Assembly: GCA_030704615.1 (NCBI GenBank)
Contig: CM060733.1
Coordinates: 74,276,001-74,340,000, forward strand
Length of the DNA stretch: 64,000 nt
Origin: Takakia lepidozioides
Lineage: Eukaryota; Plantae; Bryophyta
Direction: 5' to 3'
A model generated the notes under the pieces. The model ran no database searches. It saw only the letters and a program-made list of their open reading frames with translations, and was not told the DNA's origin. Of this stretch, positions 36,586-50,154 are shown in pieces. The translations under genes and the position numbers were made by a program. Within the stretch, counting starts at the first letter, position 1, and each line of letters opens with the position of its first letter.

Positions 36586-39500
36586 AGACTCCGGCCGAGG
36601 CCGGTGTAACTAAGAGCCACTTCGCCTTGCGGCTACTGCCCCTTTTCAGGGGTGGGCCCTATGTAAGAATAACCGGTGTCTAGGGGACACCAAGTAACCA
36701 GTCTGGGGGGTGGTATCCGGTAGAGATGGTACCGCGTGGTACCCAAGGGGGGCCCTAGGGGGGCACCCCATGGGTGCCCGCCGGGTATCCAAATATATGT
36801 ATCTAGGAGGCAAGAGCAGGGTTTGATTCAAGCTGTCGTTTGTTGGTGATGATAGCAGTGAGAGAATGGAGGGTCGTGAGGTGTATGGCTTTGAAGCATT
36901 TATGGATGGAGATGATAGGAAGATTAAAGTTATTTTTAAGCTCCGAGATGTTGGCCTTGTGGATGCCCCCTCTGGTGCCGGCAGTGATGACAGTGAGGGG
37001 GCCTGTGGCCCATCCCCTCCGGCGGATAGCAAGAATGAGTGGTGCATATTTTTGGCATTTTTCGAGGATGGAGGAGCTGAGGAAGCGGTCATTGCAAAAT
37101 GTGAATTCTAAGAAGTGTACGGTAATGGCGGGGGACGGGGCAGAGGGCGGTGGGGCGTTGATGGGGAGCCCCTAGACTATGAGGATATCCGGACAGAGGC
37201 GGGAAGGGCATGTACATGATATGTGGGGGCGGCATATACAGGGGAGTAGCCACGTAGGTACCGTGTGGTCTGGGGGCCGACCTTGGTAGGTGCCCGCATT
37301 GATGAGTGAGAACCATCTGGTTTCATTACGTCGTTGTAGGAGTTTGTGGATGTGCCATACAGCGTGGTTGTGTCGTGCAATACGAAGTCTATGAATGACT
37401 GGGTGGGGACATTGGTTAAGAAGGTGGAGCTAGGTATCACGTGTGGCGTTGATGTGGAAGCACAGAGGGCAGTTTGGTGAGGGGTATATGGCTGGCCAGA
37501 AGGTGTGCTTGCGTTGGTGGCCCATGTACTGGGCGTAACGGAATTTAAGGGTCTGTCATATTTGAGCGTCTGATGCAGCTTTGGTGTTCCAGAAGTGGTT
37601 GGAGAGTTTGTGGTGGAGTACATCGGAGAGGGTCCACGTTTGGATATGCAGTTTGGTGTGGCTGAGGGAGGTAGAGGCCTGTTTATTGGCTTCTTTGGTC
37701 AAGGTAGTAAGAAGATTTTGGATTGGCCTGGGCGTTGGGGGGTCAGGGACTGGGTGTATAAGCCAAAAAGGGTAAGTATGAGCGATGTGTATTGGGTCAT
37801 CCGAGGGTTCAACTGTAGGTTGGGAGGCACCTAGTTGGGCGAGGAGGTCAGCCTCCTCGTTGCCGTGGATACCTGTGTGTGAACGAACTTTGAGAAAATG
37901 AAGGGGTTTATTGATGGAAATGGCTAGGTTGATAATGGCGGTGACAAGGTTTCGGTCGGGGTGGTGGAGGTGGGAGGAGGGACAAGCCAAGTGGTTGCGA
38001 AGTATAAAGAGAGAATTTAGGCTATCTGTGAAGATGTAGTATGGGGGTGGGGCCAATTGTGACAGAGCTTCAAAAATGGCCATAAGTTCGGAGCGGAGTA
38101 TGGTCGCGGGGCCTGGGAGACAATGTGCGGTACCTTTGTTAGTAGCGGCATGGTAGACGCCGTATCTGGCGCAGGAGCCAGATTGGGAGCCGTCTGTGTA
38201 GTGTGAGTGGAGGTAGGGGATATTCTGGGGAAGTAGGCCCAAGGTGAACCGGGGGGGGCATTGTGGGAGATAGTATGAGTGGGGCTGGGGCGGGGGGGTG
38301 CTAAGGTCCATGCTTTTATCTTAGTGGGTAGCCTAGCGGTGGGGTTGCATGTGGGTGGAGGTGAGTATGGCGTGAGTAACATGTTATGGGTATCGGAAAG
38401 TAGACGATTGAGATGAGCGGGGAAGTCGGAGGGTATGGGGGGGCATGAGGTAGCCTGAACAAGCAGAATTAGGGTCAGAGTAGTTTCTTTGTGGCGGAGG
38501 TATTTTGGGAATGGTAGGTTGTGTGTGTAGCGAAGATGGTTGGGTTCAATAGCGGCTAACGGTATTACTTCTGGAGGAAGTTGTAGAAGGGGATGTTGGT
38601 GGTCAGGTGAGCTGTGATGTGTAAGAATGAGAATAGTGTAGGCGGAGGGGGAGGAGTGGGCAGCGAGGCGCGCTCATAGGAGAGCCTCATGTGTGAGGGG
38701 CCCGGGAGGTGGGTGCGCAAGGCCACTGCCGGACCAAGAGTGTTGGATAGCGGGGCCCAAGGCTCCGAATACACGATCTCGGGGGTGCGGGCTGGCGTAA
38801 GAAGAAAGCTCCAGGGGGCATGTAAGTGGGCTGGAGTAGTATGAGTGGGTAAGCTGGAATGTAGAGATGAGGAATTTGAGGATGTCAGAGGGTATAGTGC
38901 TATGGGTATATGCTTGAGCTAGTTTATCGGGGGTGTGGGGTTTTTTCGTGGGGGTATCGCGTAAGTATCGGTCAACAAGCCAGCAGACCTCAGTGGCGAA
39001 GTCTTGTTTTGGGGGTTGTAACAAGATGGTGTCAGTTGAGGAGGCGTCATATCTATTCCAGAGCCAGGCGAGTCTGACATTAGAGATAGAGCCGGTGAAG
39101 TGACCGTTAAGTGTGTAGATATGGGATGTCAGGCGCCTAGGGCATATAATGGGGGAAATTTGGGTAATATCTTTGTCGGGGTTGCATTCAGAGATGTGTA
39201 TATGAATATGTGGAGCGTTCAAGGGGGTACGGATGTATCGGGCGTCGATTGGTTGGGTTTGAGAAACATGATGTTGGTGGGTGTACACTAAGTAATTGGT
39301 GTTAGTTGTTTTGTAGAAGGTGATAAGGAGGCTATGGTTGTGAGTAGGGTCGCAATCATCATGGGTTCCAAAGAGGTCGTCTTCGATCTGCCAAGTGTTA
39401 TCAGTAGCAGGGAAACCCGCCCATTTACATAGGTAATATATGTCAACACAAGTGGCACCGTATACGTCGAGGGAGGTTTGAGTCTTGATGCCGAGAATAG

Positions 39501-39930
39501 CTTCATGACGAAGGCCTCGGGGTGGTTGGAGTTGGCTAGGCAGGGGGAAAGAGGGGGGGGTTAGAGGGTGGGGGGGAAGTTGCTCATGGCAATTAACAGG
39601 GATGGGGGGGGGGGAAGCGGGGGTGGGGGGGGTGGTAGTCGGGGAGAGGAAGCTCCGGGGAGTTATGGGAGGTCATAAGCTGCAACAGTATTGAGGGGGC
39701 TGGGGCCGTTCTAAATTCTGGGAGGAGGTCTTGTTTGTTATGGGTAGGCATGGTAGATCACAGTCGAGGGTGCACGAGGCTGTTTGGTGACAAAATAAAG
39801 ATCGGAGATGAATCAGGTATCTACGTGTTTTGACGGTAGCACGAGAGTGTTTCAGGGTAAATTGGTTTGGGGTAAGTAGCCGGTTTCCGTGGCGGTGGTG
39901 AGCTGGGTGAGAGTAGTAATATGGCATGCC
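36586..39930 (-). mobile_element. 5'-truncated Dualen/RandI-like LINE: chromodomain, RNase H, CCHC, restriction-like endonuclease, 3' UTR, (CT)n end
   Basis: Minus-strand reading across stops gives YLCKWAGF..DNTW; HYTDGS..RSELMAI..FTDSL..KVRSHTGIHGNEEAD; CPLC..DT.LHLLNQC; RHNHAV; RLCPDIL; EFTFCNDRF; KCQKYAPL. Confidence 0.82.
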
Positions 39931-41339
39931 TTAAAGTAGGCAAGGACAACCCCGTTCTTTTAAGCTCAAGAAGAGCGCAAGCCAAGCGGGGACTGAGCGG
40001 CGCTCCGCCCTCCCACCATGTTCATGGCTGTGTCTTAGCTTTTAGCTATAACTATTCTCCTAGGGTTCCGCCATTTTTTTTAGTTCTCTCGTCTTCTCAG
40101 TTCTTTGGTTTAGCCGTGCCGCTATTTACCCGAACCTCTACATTCAGCCATGGCCGCCGCCATGGCTTCTGCTCTTGCTCACAGCACCTTCATGAGGTGT
40201 TCTCGCCGTTTCACCTATCACTCTAGCAATACCCTTTACAGTTGTTCCAAAACGCATCTTTTAAGCTCTGTCTTCATGTTTTTAGAGTCAATATTGTTGG
40301 GCAATACGATCTCCTACGACAAAGCGTCCCTTTCGAAGCTTTTACAGTGTTTTTTGAGCGCTCTGAACCTCACTCGGCTCAACCCGACTTCGACCGTGCA
40401 CAAGCCTGTAGGCTTCACAACGTTCCCCACCAGCAGAGCCTGCGGGGCTCCTCCCCGCCATTATACTCACCAAGGGACACAGTTGGCACCCAGCATTAAC
40501 CCTTGTTACCATGGCCTTCAACGAAACATTTGCATGGCTGATACTACGTCTTTGGGACACGAGCGGCAAGGGAATGGTCTCAACATGCAAGCATCTATGT
40601 GGAGTGACATCTACAGTGCTTCAAATATTCCCAAAGTTATGGTTAACGAGTTTGTCTTCCCGTGCTTCTCTTTTGTGGGCTGTTCTATGATGTCTTACTT
40701 TCAAGCTTTCTATGCGCAAGTGGGGCCCTGCGTGGACTTGGCACCGCAGCATGCTCTACCCCCTCGCACAATGTCAAAGCCTTCACGCGACCTGGAGTGC
40801 AGTGGATTCTGGCTGCCCTATCTGCTGTGCGACACGGCTACACCAAGTGCTGCATTCTTACCCTCATTTTTTCTCTCATTTTGAATGCCAACGCACTCAC
40901 CGCTCTCCACAAGCAACCGCCCGCTATGCTGGCCCACTCTGCCTTTGTTGCCACAGACTCTAGCACATCACCCCAAGGCTTGACCTGCTTCAGCTTGCGC
41001 GCGTTGCTGGTGGCCACTGGGATAGCGATGATATGATGGACGCAGCTGACTTCCGCCCGACTGCTATTGTGCTTGAAGCTGGTGGTAGCGCCGACTGGAG
41101 CGGGTGCAATACAGCCAGCTCTTCACCCAGCCTGTCCATCAAGCTCTGCCAGACCAGATCCTTGCACACTGATGTATCACGGCAGCAGGCTTCCTGCAGG
41201 TTATATCTACCTAGACACGGATATTATCCCACAAGGTGCAAAAATCCCCCACCCTTCTTTTACTTGCTCAAGCATACACAAGGTTCTTTGCCTCTATGCC
41301 TCAACTTGTCTCTGTTTCACTCAGCTCTGCTTATCACCC

Positions 41340-43336
41340 ACAGTCCCCTGACACATCACAAGAGCCTGGCAGCCAAGGAAAAGCGCAAAGCTGTACCCGA
41401 TGACATCATCAAAGTTGTAGTTGTTCCAAATGTCCTTCTGCACACTGCCCTGGCAGATCTGGCAAAGGGCATAGAGGTCCATGGCGACATCTTCAGAGCT
41501 GGAATTATACCAACTGTCATTCTGAACAATACCCTAGTGGACATGTATGCAAAATGTGGGTGCATCGAGGATGCAAAGGGAGTGTTTGACGCAATGGCTG
41601 AACGAGATACGGGGTTGTGGAATGCGATGCTTGAAGATTCTGCTGCAGATGTACCAAATGTCATTCTATACACTGCCCTGGCAGATCTGGAAAAGGGCAA
41701 TGAGATCCATGGTGACATCTTCAGAGTTGGAATTGTCCCCACTGTCATTCTGAACAATACCCTGGTGGATATGTATGCAAATTGCTGGGCCATCAAGGAT
41801 GCAAAGAGAGTGTTTGACACTATGGCTGAACGAGATATGGTGTTGTGGAATGCGATGCTTGAAGGTTCTGCTGTAGCTATACCAAACGTCATTCTGCACA
41901 CTGCCCTGGCAGACCTGGAAATGGGCAATGAGGTCCATGGCAACATCTTCAGAGCTGGAACTGCACCGACTGTCATTCTGAACAATACCCTCGTGGACAT
42001 GTATGCAAAATGTTTTGTTGTAGCTGTACCAAATGCCATTCCGTACACTGCCCTGGCAGATCTGGAAAAGGGCAACGAGGTTCATGGCGACATCTTCAGA
42101 ACTGGAATTGTACCAACTGTCATTCTGAACAATACCCTGGTGGACATGTATGCAAAAGGTGGGCTTGCTGACATCATCAAAACTGGAGCTGTACCAAATG
42201 ACATTCTGAACACTGCCCTGGCAGCTCGGGTAAAGGGCAAAGAAGTCCATGGCGACATCGTCAGAGCTGGAATTGTAATGAAAGAGAAAGAGTTGCAGCC
42301 GCAACAGCAGCAGACTATACTAGAGGTGGAGAGACAATCCCTTATCAACATGTATGCCAAGTGTGCCATGTGCGGCAGCATGGTGGGTGCACGCCAAGTG
42401 CTTGACAAAATGCCTGAACGGGATGTGTTTACCTGGACTATAATGGTGGCAGCAGGTTTCAAACATGGTTTTGGGAGGGAGGCCTTAGAGATTTACGTGC
42501 ACACAAAACAAGGAGTGACACACAACATAGTCACATTGGCTTGCGTTCTCAATGACTGTGCCAGACTGGTAGCCACAGCAAAGGGCAAAGAGGCCCACGA
42601 TGACATTATCGGCGCTGTAAGTGCAACAAATGTTATTCTAGAGTCTATCCTCGTTAATATGTATGCAAAGTGTGGGATTGTAAGCACTGCTCGTCAAGAC
42701 TCTTACAGGAGGGCTGAAAGAAATGTATTCTCTTGGAATGCAATGACTGCAGCGTATGATCAGCATGGGTGTGGTAGGGAGGCTTCTGTGACCTGTGAAC
42801 AGTTGATACTGGACGGGGTAGGAAGCATTGTGGTTGTTTGTCAAGTTGACAATATGGTGCAACACGATGCGGTTTACTGGAACGCCATGATTGCAGGACA
42901 TGCTCAGTGTGATTGTGATAGGGAAGCTCTTGAGATCTATGAACAACTGATGCCAGAAGGGGTCATGCCGAACATGTCGGTTGCCGGACAAGCTGGAATT
43001 GCTACAGATGTTGTCCTGGAGACTGCCCCTGCAGATATGTATGCCAACTGTGCGAGCATGAACGATACACGTCAAGCTGCAGCTGCCAACTTTATCACCC
43101 AGGTGCTCCGGCATGGGCAGCTGATGAGACTCCACCCTCGCTCCCTCAGATGCAATGCTGCTATTAGTGGCTGTATTCACTCCAAGCACAAGGCAAGCCT
43201 TTTTGCCTCCTCCCATTTTGACGTCAACCCTCTCCACCTTGATCTCAACCGTCGACATATCCCATCAGAGAAGCATGTCAAGTGCTTCAGGAAACATGAC
43301 AGGATTGCAGCCGTCAGTAACTTACAGGCTCCATAG
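41340..43336 (+). pseudogene. Degenerate PLS-class PPR sequence with internally amplified motif blocks
   Basis: 4-5 near-identical blocks of NVILHTALADLEKGNEVHGDIFRAGIVPTVILNNTLVDMYAKC, followed by eroded P/L/S motifs. No E/DYW domain seen. Confidence 0.75.
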
Positions 43337-46300
43337 CACAGCTCATGCGAGACAACAGTCCGAGTATTTTTGCTCTATGAAGAGCCCTGCTGTCGCAGCA
43401 AGCAGCGCTCTGTCTTATGTTTGGGACTTCAAAAGCTACTCCCATGCTCGAGCGACTCTCTTTTCCAAGTAGCATTGCCCTGTGGACGGCGCCACCCCTA
43501 ACTGCTGGCCTCTCAACCTTTCCAGCTCGCCCACTCCCTCCACTCGCATGTCTTCCCGCTGGATTACCGTCCCTGCCCGTGCCTCAATGCATCCGCAGCA
43601 CCAGCACACCAGCATCAGGAATGCAGCTGCCAGTAAGAACACTATGGAGCCCTGGCAGTGGCAGCAGTGGCGGCTCCACCTTTGCCCCCAATCATCTCAA
43701 TGTCCCTTTACTCTCAGGGAGCACACTCACCCCTCTCCCCAGTCTTGGCCACTCCCCTCCTCCTTGATAAAAATACTTCGCATTGCATACAATGTATTGT
43801 CATCACTCTCTGATGAACAGTTGTTATGTCCCAGATGGCCTCCCAACTTTTAAGTGGCAACCCACTGTCCAGCAGGCTCAGCCACACAAACCCCAAAGGC
43901 ACTCTGCTCAAGACCAGCAATCTCAACCAGACTTCCCCATGTCAACCACCCCGCCCATGGTAACACAATTTACTTATCCAGGCTATTTCTCGAACGATTG
44001 CCACTCAGTACATTCTCACTTTCTTTTACAAGATTTTTGGAGCTACTGGTTCCCTTGGGAAAATGCTACCTCACTGTACCACTCAGTCCGTTCCCACTCT
44101 TCTTTACAAGATACTCGGAACTACTGGCTCCCTTGGGAAATTGCTACCTTGGGAAAATGTTACCATCGGAAAATATTACCATCGGGAATTGTTACCTTGG
44201 GAAAATGTTACCTTGGAGAAATGATATCTTGGGAAAATGATACCTCATTTTATTGCCACCCACTCTATTTTCCACAAGCTACTCGGATACACTGGTTCTC
44301 CATGTTGCCAACAATTCTACACCATGATCTTTACACCATGATTCTACACCATGATTTTACACCAGGATCTGTTCTCACTTCAAACAATGCTACACCATGA
44401 CCTTTACTCTATGTTTTCACACAATGATTTTTACAAAATCTATTGCTGTCACTACGTTACTCGCCTCCTTTCGGAGGCATATCATCCATCTTCTATCAAC
44501 TACATCCCATCACCAATTGCGAGAAACTGAGAGAGGATGAGAGCAAAGATAGAGAAGAGAGACAAGAAAGAAAGAGAGCAAGAGGCGAGAAAGTAGGGAG
44601 TCATAAATGGATCATTTTACGCTGACGACGGTTCCAGCTGCTGTTCCTGGATCAAAACTGGCCGCACTGTGGCAACGCCTTACAATCAAGCATTTGACAA
44701 GAGCAGTGTCGTATTCCAATGCTTGGATGTGGAGAGAGGGGTGTGGGGGCTAGAGGCAGATGTATGAGCAAGAAGAGGACTTAGAGAAAATTCTAAGTCC
44801 TCAGCCTTCACCAATCTCAAACTACGGAACCCAAACACGCCACATACCCCCACTCAACATCAAACCCCCCAGTGCACGAACTCTCATAACGCCTAACCGC
44901 CACTTCATTCATCCACTAGTTTCCTCATCCACGTCCATGCCCGAGACCATCCATTCATGTACCTCATCCAATCACCTTATAGCCTCATTTATATATATAT
45001 ACCCCCCAAACCCATACATTTTATCATCCAACCCCTTCACTTCATCCCCAACCCCAGCCCATCGCCACTATTAAATATATCCCTTTCCCACACTAAAGGC
45101 CCATGTATGACTTACCTTCTAACGTATTGTTACGCCAATACACCCTACAATCAAACTCCCCCGTTCAATCCTCGCGTCCCACAGTACTCCGTTTACATCA
45201 ACACAACCCTCATTAGCCCACTCGCTACCCCACATAATCATTCAACACAACATTGCCAAGTGGAAAAACGACAATATCACATGTCCTCCTCCAACCCAAA
45301 TCCTCCCAATCACAACATCGCGACCCATAGTCGTCATTCTACCCGGCTAGATATCACTCCACTCACGCCTGTAACTAAACCCACCCACCCACACGACCAC
45401 CTCACCTACCCCCCCTCCCCCTATCTAAAACATATTTCCTTACCTATCCATATCCTGGACCACCTGGCTTGTCTACACACACATTTCCACATCATAAAAT
45501 CCCCCATACACGCCCAAACCACCAGCTCCACCCGCACTCACTATGACATCACTACACATCATTATAACACCCACATCCCATACACCCCCACCCCCTGTTA
45601 TCTACCTCATCACCCACCGTCCCATTTTACAAAATACAAACGGGCATGTGAAATGCTTACACTCCTCCGTTGTGGTGACATACACCCCAATCCAGGCCCC
45701 TCTACCATCGCCAGTATCATTAACAAACTTCCCAAAGTTCACCAAAAAAAATATAACTTATACTTCCAACCAGAAACAGTCTCACTCACCCCCTCATACC
45801 AGCACCTCAGCACGCACTTCTTTCCATTCTTTCTTTACCCACCCACCAATAACCGGAAACCTACCTACCCAATAGCCACCTTTGGTATATCAGCCTGCCA
45901 CAACCCATCACTAGTGAAAGTCACCCATAAACTTCATGCATACCCTATGCAACATATCCTCTTCTCGCTAATCACCACTGTATCCCCGATCCCCTCTATA
46001 TGCAATGACTATTTTGAGACCCACCCAGACACGCATGTACGCTTGCTCCTACAACAACTGCAAAAACTACCTGCACAACCCCATGAATACCTAGCACCAC
46101 CACACTATTTATATAACCTTCAAGAATCCCTCCACCTACTACAAACTAAACCAGGAGATGTTCATCAAATACTGGGTGCACATCTGGAACACATTACCGA
46201 CACCCCACAAGCGGTCAACACTATCTCTACCAAATTCCCATTTCTCTCTAAAAACATCCTCACCGCAACCCTTCAAGCCAAAGCAAGCATCCCTGGCTAT

Positions 46301-46404
46301 CAACCTATGCCCAAGCCACCTTCACCTACTCCCCTGCCATGCACACCCTCCGGACCCCCTACGTCCCTTAGCCCCCCACATACCCCTCCCTCTCAACATG
46401 CGCA

Positions 46405-47165
46405 TTCACTCAACATAACAACCTGGAATGTAGGATCACTAGCCACCAATATTCAAAGCCTAATCCATCTCACAGAATCTGCAGCCCCACACATCATTCT
46501 CCTACAAGAAACAAAACTAAATACACACAACCCCAATAGTTCTTATATCAATAAACTCCTACCTGCCTACTACATGCTATATGGCAATTCATTCACAGCC
46601 CCACAAATGCCTTACTAGACGCTCCGCGCCATATCATCCCACCCGTGGTGGTGTCGCTTTCGGCATCCTCCGCATGCATCACTCCCCAAGCACCACGGTC
46701 AAAATACCCGTTGCTCTCCCCCTCCGCTCACATCTCCAAATCATACCCGCACTCTCCCCCATTACCCTCATACATTTATATATGCCCTCACACACTGATG
46801 ATCTACCTCTGCTCCCTGATATCTTACTTACAATTTCCAACACACTGACCCAACCTTCAAGCCACACCCAACACTACATTCTAGCAGGTGACTTCAATAG
46901 GGACATTGCCCTGCAGGGCCACACACATAACGACACACATACACCCCCCTCCGCAATAGACCAAGAATGGGCACAATTCACCCAATCACATCATCTCCGA
47001 TACATACCAGCCGACCATCACTATTCTCGGCAAGGGGGACTCAACTACTTATCCTTAGGCCTCTGGATGGTTTTTACCTCAAAACACATAATGAGATTCC
47101 TGCACACCTTACCAGCCATGTTCAAATTAACAGATTATGCAACTCAGACCATTATCTTGTCACTA
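46405..47165 (+). pseudogene. LINE AP-endonuclease domain
   Basis: TWNVGSL, LLQETKL, GGVA, LYMP, LAGDFN, LDGF, SDHY. Confidence 0.85.
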
Positions 47166-47651
47166 TAGCCTTTCCACCATCCCTCATCCCCTTCAGACCC
47201 ATTCCACACTTACAAGTCCCCCCTGTTCAATCTAGAATCTTATCTCCACTCCCCCAACGTAACATATCCGCCTTTCTGACACACTTCCATCCCATATCCA
47301 CACATCTAACACTTCATTTATCAGACATACTCACAGAGGATAACCTGAGGCATTCCTCTGATGAAACCTGGCTGGCCTCCGAAAAAACACTCGGAACTTT
47401 AATGGAAGAAATGACCAAAAGCGTCCTGCTCCGCCCCCAAAGAGATTCCACAAACTACACGCTCAAAACAAAATAGGGGTTACCTTACTCGTATACAAAA
47501 ACGTGCCTGGAAGCAGCATCTTAACACATATCACACAATTAGACGTGCCCTTACTATCATACCCACTACTTCCCACATACACCCAGGAAATAACTGGAAA
47601 ACTGACCCTCGCATCCTAAGCCTAAATACCTTAACAACATGCCAAGCACTC

Positions 47652-49126
47652 ATGCCCCCACCTGATAACCCTCATAGTAATTCGGACTGGATCGCTACTC
47701 TCTCCAAAATTGGAAGAGATGCTAAAAAAGAAGCTTATAATATCACCAAACAAAAAGCTGCCGACAATCACAAAAAAATTGTTTCCTCCTTCAATCAATT
47801 ACTGCATGACAATCCCAAAAAAGCACACAAAGCCATCTTTAACCCGGCCCTAAACCCGCCCATTGATTGTATCAAACACCGACACGGCCACTTGCTCACC
47901 AATCCTACGGACATTAACCATGAAATATGGTTACAAGCATCCTCCACATACACACCCACCATTACGAACTGCCTACATCCCAATCTCCACAATGACAATT
48001 GCATGTGCAAAGCTAGACACTACCCATGGCACGATATAGACGGTTTCTCCTTAGACAACAGAGGATCCCCAACAGACCGTATTCTCGACCTATTCACACT
48101 CGACCTTTACGAATCATGCCTTAAAAAACTATCTAAGTCTAAAGCCCCAGGTCCTGATCTCATCCCAAATGCCATACTTCAAGCATTGGACCCCCAACTC
48201 CACCATCTTATCTTCAAGTTCTTTCAGCTATGCTACAAACTACAACAAATTCCACACTCCTGGAAACATAGCCGCACCATCTTGCTCTTCAAAAAAGGTG
48301 ACCCTACGGACCTAAGCAACTATAGACCTATTGCACTAGCCAACACTATATATAAGTTATTTACCAGTACGCTCACCAAAATGCTCTCAAGTTATGGAGA
48401 ACAACATCAAATTCTCAGCGACCCTCAAGAAGGTTTCCGCGCTACACGCAGTACCACACGACAAATACAATATGTCATATCCGCCCTCGAAGACGCTAAA
48501 CTTACAAAACAAGACATATATCTTCTATACATTGACTTTAAAAATGCCTTTGGTTCCCTAGACCATGCTAGATTACTCGCTATCATGCTTGACCTCGGAT
48601 ACCCCGCCGATGTTGTCCAACTTATAGGAAACATCTACACAAACAATACAACTGAATACTTCGGTACATACTATGGCTCCACCCCACCCATCCCCATTCT
48701 CCGGGGTACTATACAAGGAGACACCTTAAGCCCCTATCTATTTATTATCTTCTTGGAACCCCTACTCAGATGGCTAGCCCGCAGTAAGCTTGGATACCAA
48801 TACAAGACCTCCCCCAGTGACATCTCAGCTGCAGCGTATGCAGACGATCTCGCCATACTTGCACATAAACCACAACACTTAAACTGACAGGTCAGCAAAT
48901 TATCCCGATTCAATCAATGGTCAGGCATGGAACTCAGCTTGCACAAGTGCGCTATTACAGCCGCAACACATCACAACCGGCTCTCTAAAGATGCTATTGC
49001 CTTGCACTGTAAACTCTGTGTACACTACCAAAACACGCCCTTCCCCTTTTTGTGACCCGATGAACCCTACACTTATCTAGGCATCCGATTAGTTCCCTCC
49101 CTCACCTGGCACATCCAAAAAGAATC
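47652..49126 (+). pseudogene. LINE reverse transcriptase
   Basis: KAPGPD, NYRPIAL, QEGFR, IDFKNAFGSLDH, RGTIQGDTLSPYLF, YADDL, YTYLG; stop at 48885. Confidence 0.92.
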
Positions 49127-50154
49127 TGTTAGAGGACTGTCGGGGACTTAGACACTTATACGGGATCTGTAGGGTACCCTTAATTTTTGCACAGACTGAG
49201 ACCAACAGGAGCCTTAGGGGTGACAGCAGCGCACTGTAGAAGGGGGTTACACAGCCCGTCACAGTCGTCACAGTCGTCACAGCCGACACAGCCAACACAG
49301 CCGTCACAGTCGTCACAGCCGACACAGCCAACACAGCCAACACAGCCCGTCACAGTCGTCACAGCCGACACAGCCGACACAGCCAACACAGCCCGTCACA
49401 GCAGACACAGCCGACACAGCCGACACAGCCACACAGCCAGTCACAGCCCGACACAGCCAAACAAAGTCGCACAGCCAGTCACAGCCCGTCACAGTTTCAC
49501 ACAGCCAGTCACAGCTTGACACAGCTGTCACGATCATAGGGAACGAAGAGTAGGACAGGGAACGACTGTGGGGAACAACACCTGCGAAGGGAACATGTTA
49601 GTTCACAGACGACGGTTAGTGAGGGAAACGGTTAGAACCGCGGATAGGAAGATAAAGGGAGAAACGGGGAATGGAGGGACATCATTCGGAGGAGGACTTC
49701 TTGGTGATAGAGGAGAGGGGATCGGGCAGAGACGAGGAACGGAAGTAAAGATAGAGAGATGATGAGTAGATGCTTGATATATGCAAGGCTGTAATGATAT
49801 TGTAGAGTAGATTAGAGACACAATGGCTTCGGCCTGATACCTGATAAATCATAATCGGATACTTTTACGATACAATCACACTGTGTAGAGAGGTCTGAGT
49901 GAAGCTGTGGAATGAATGGATGAGTTGATGGAATCCAATAGATTGATAAAGCAAACTGATACTTAATTATCAATGGTAAGATAGTTAACATGAATACCAA
50001 AGGGAAACAAATAGGAAACACCCCCATGATACACTAGCTGTAGGTCATGACTGATTGTTCTGCGCGGGCTGAGTACTTAGAGATTTCCAACTCTTCAATC
50101 TTGGAGTTTCCGCCTCGAATAGCGAAGGGATGGGTGAGTAAAAGCCGCGCGACA
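49127..50154 (+). repeat. 5' LTR containing a CACAGC/GTCACA minisatellite
   Basis: Near-identical to 55194-56149 except for minisatellite length. Confidence 0.93.

Noticed and set aside
36610-36660. Hammerhead ribozyme in the LINE 3' UTR
   Set aside because: The CUGANGA/GAAA core is not properly matched.
40150-41340. Host protein-coding ORFs (244 aa, and the N-terminus of the 767-aa ORF)
   Set aside because: No recognisable motifs and atypical composition; probably non-coding or decayed cargo.
49187-49537. ORFs such as SQSSQPTQ / VTAVSAV
   Set aside because: Translations of the LTR minisatellite.
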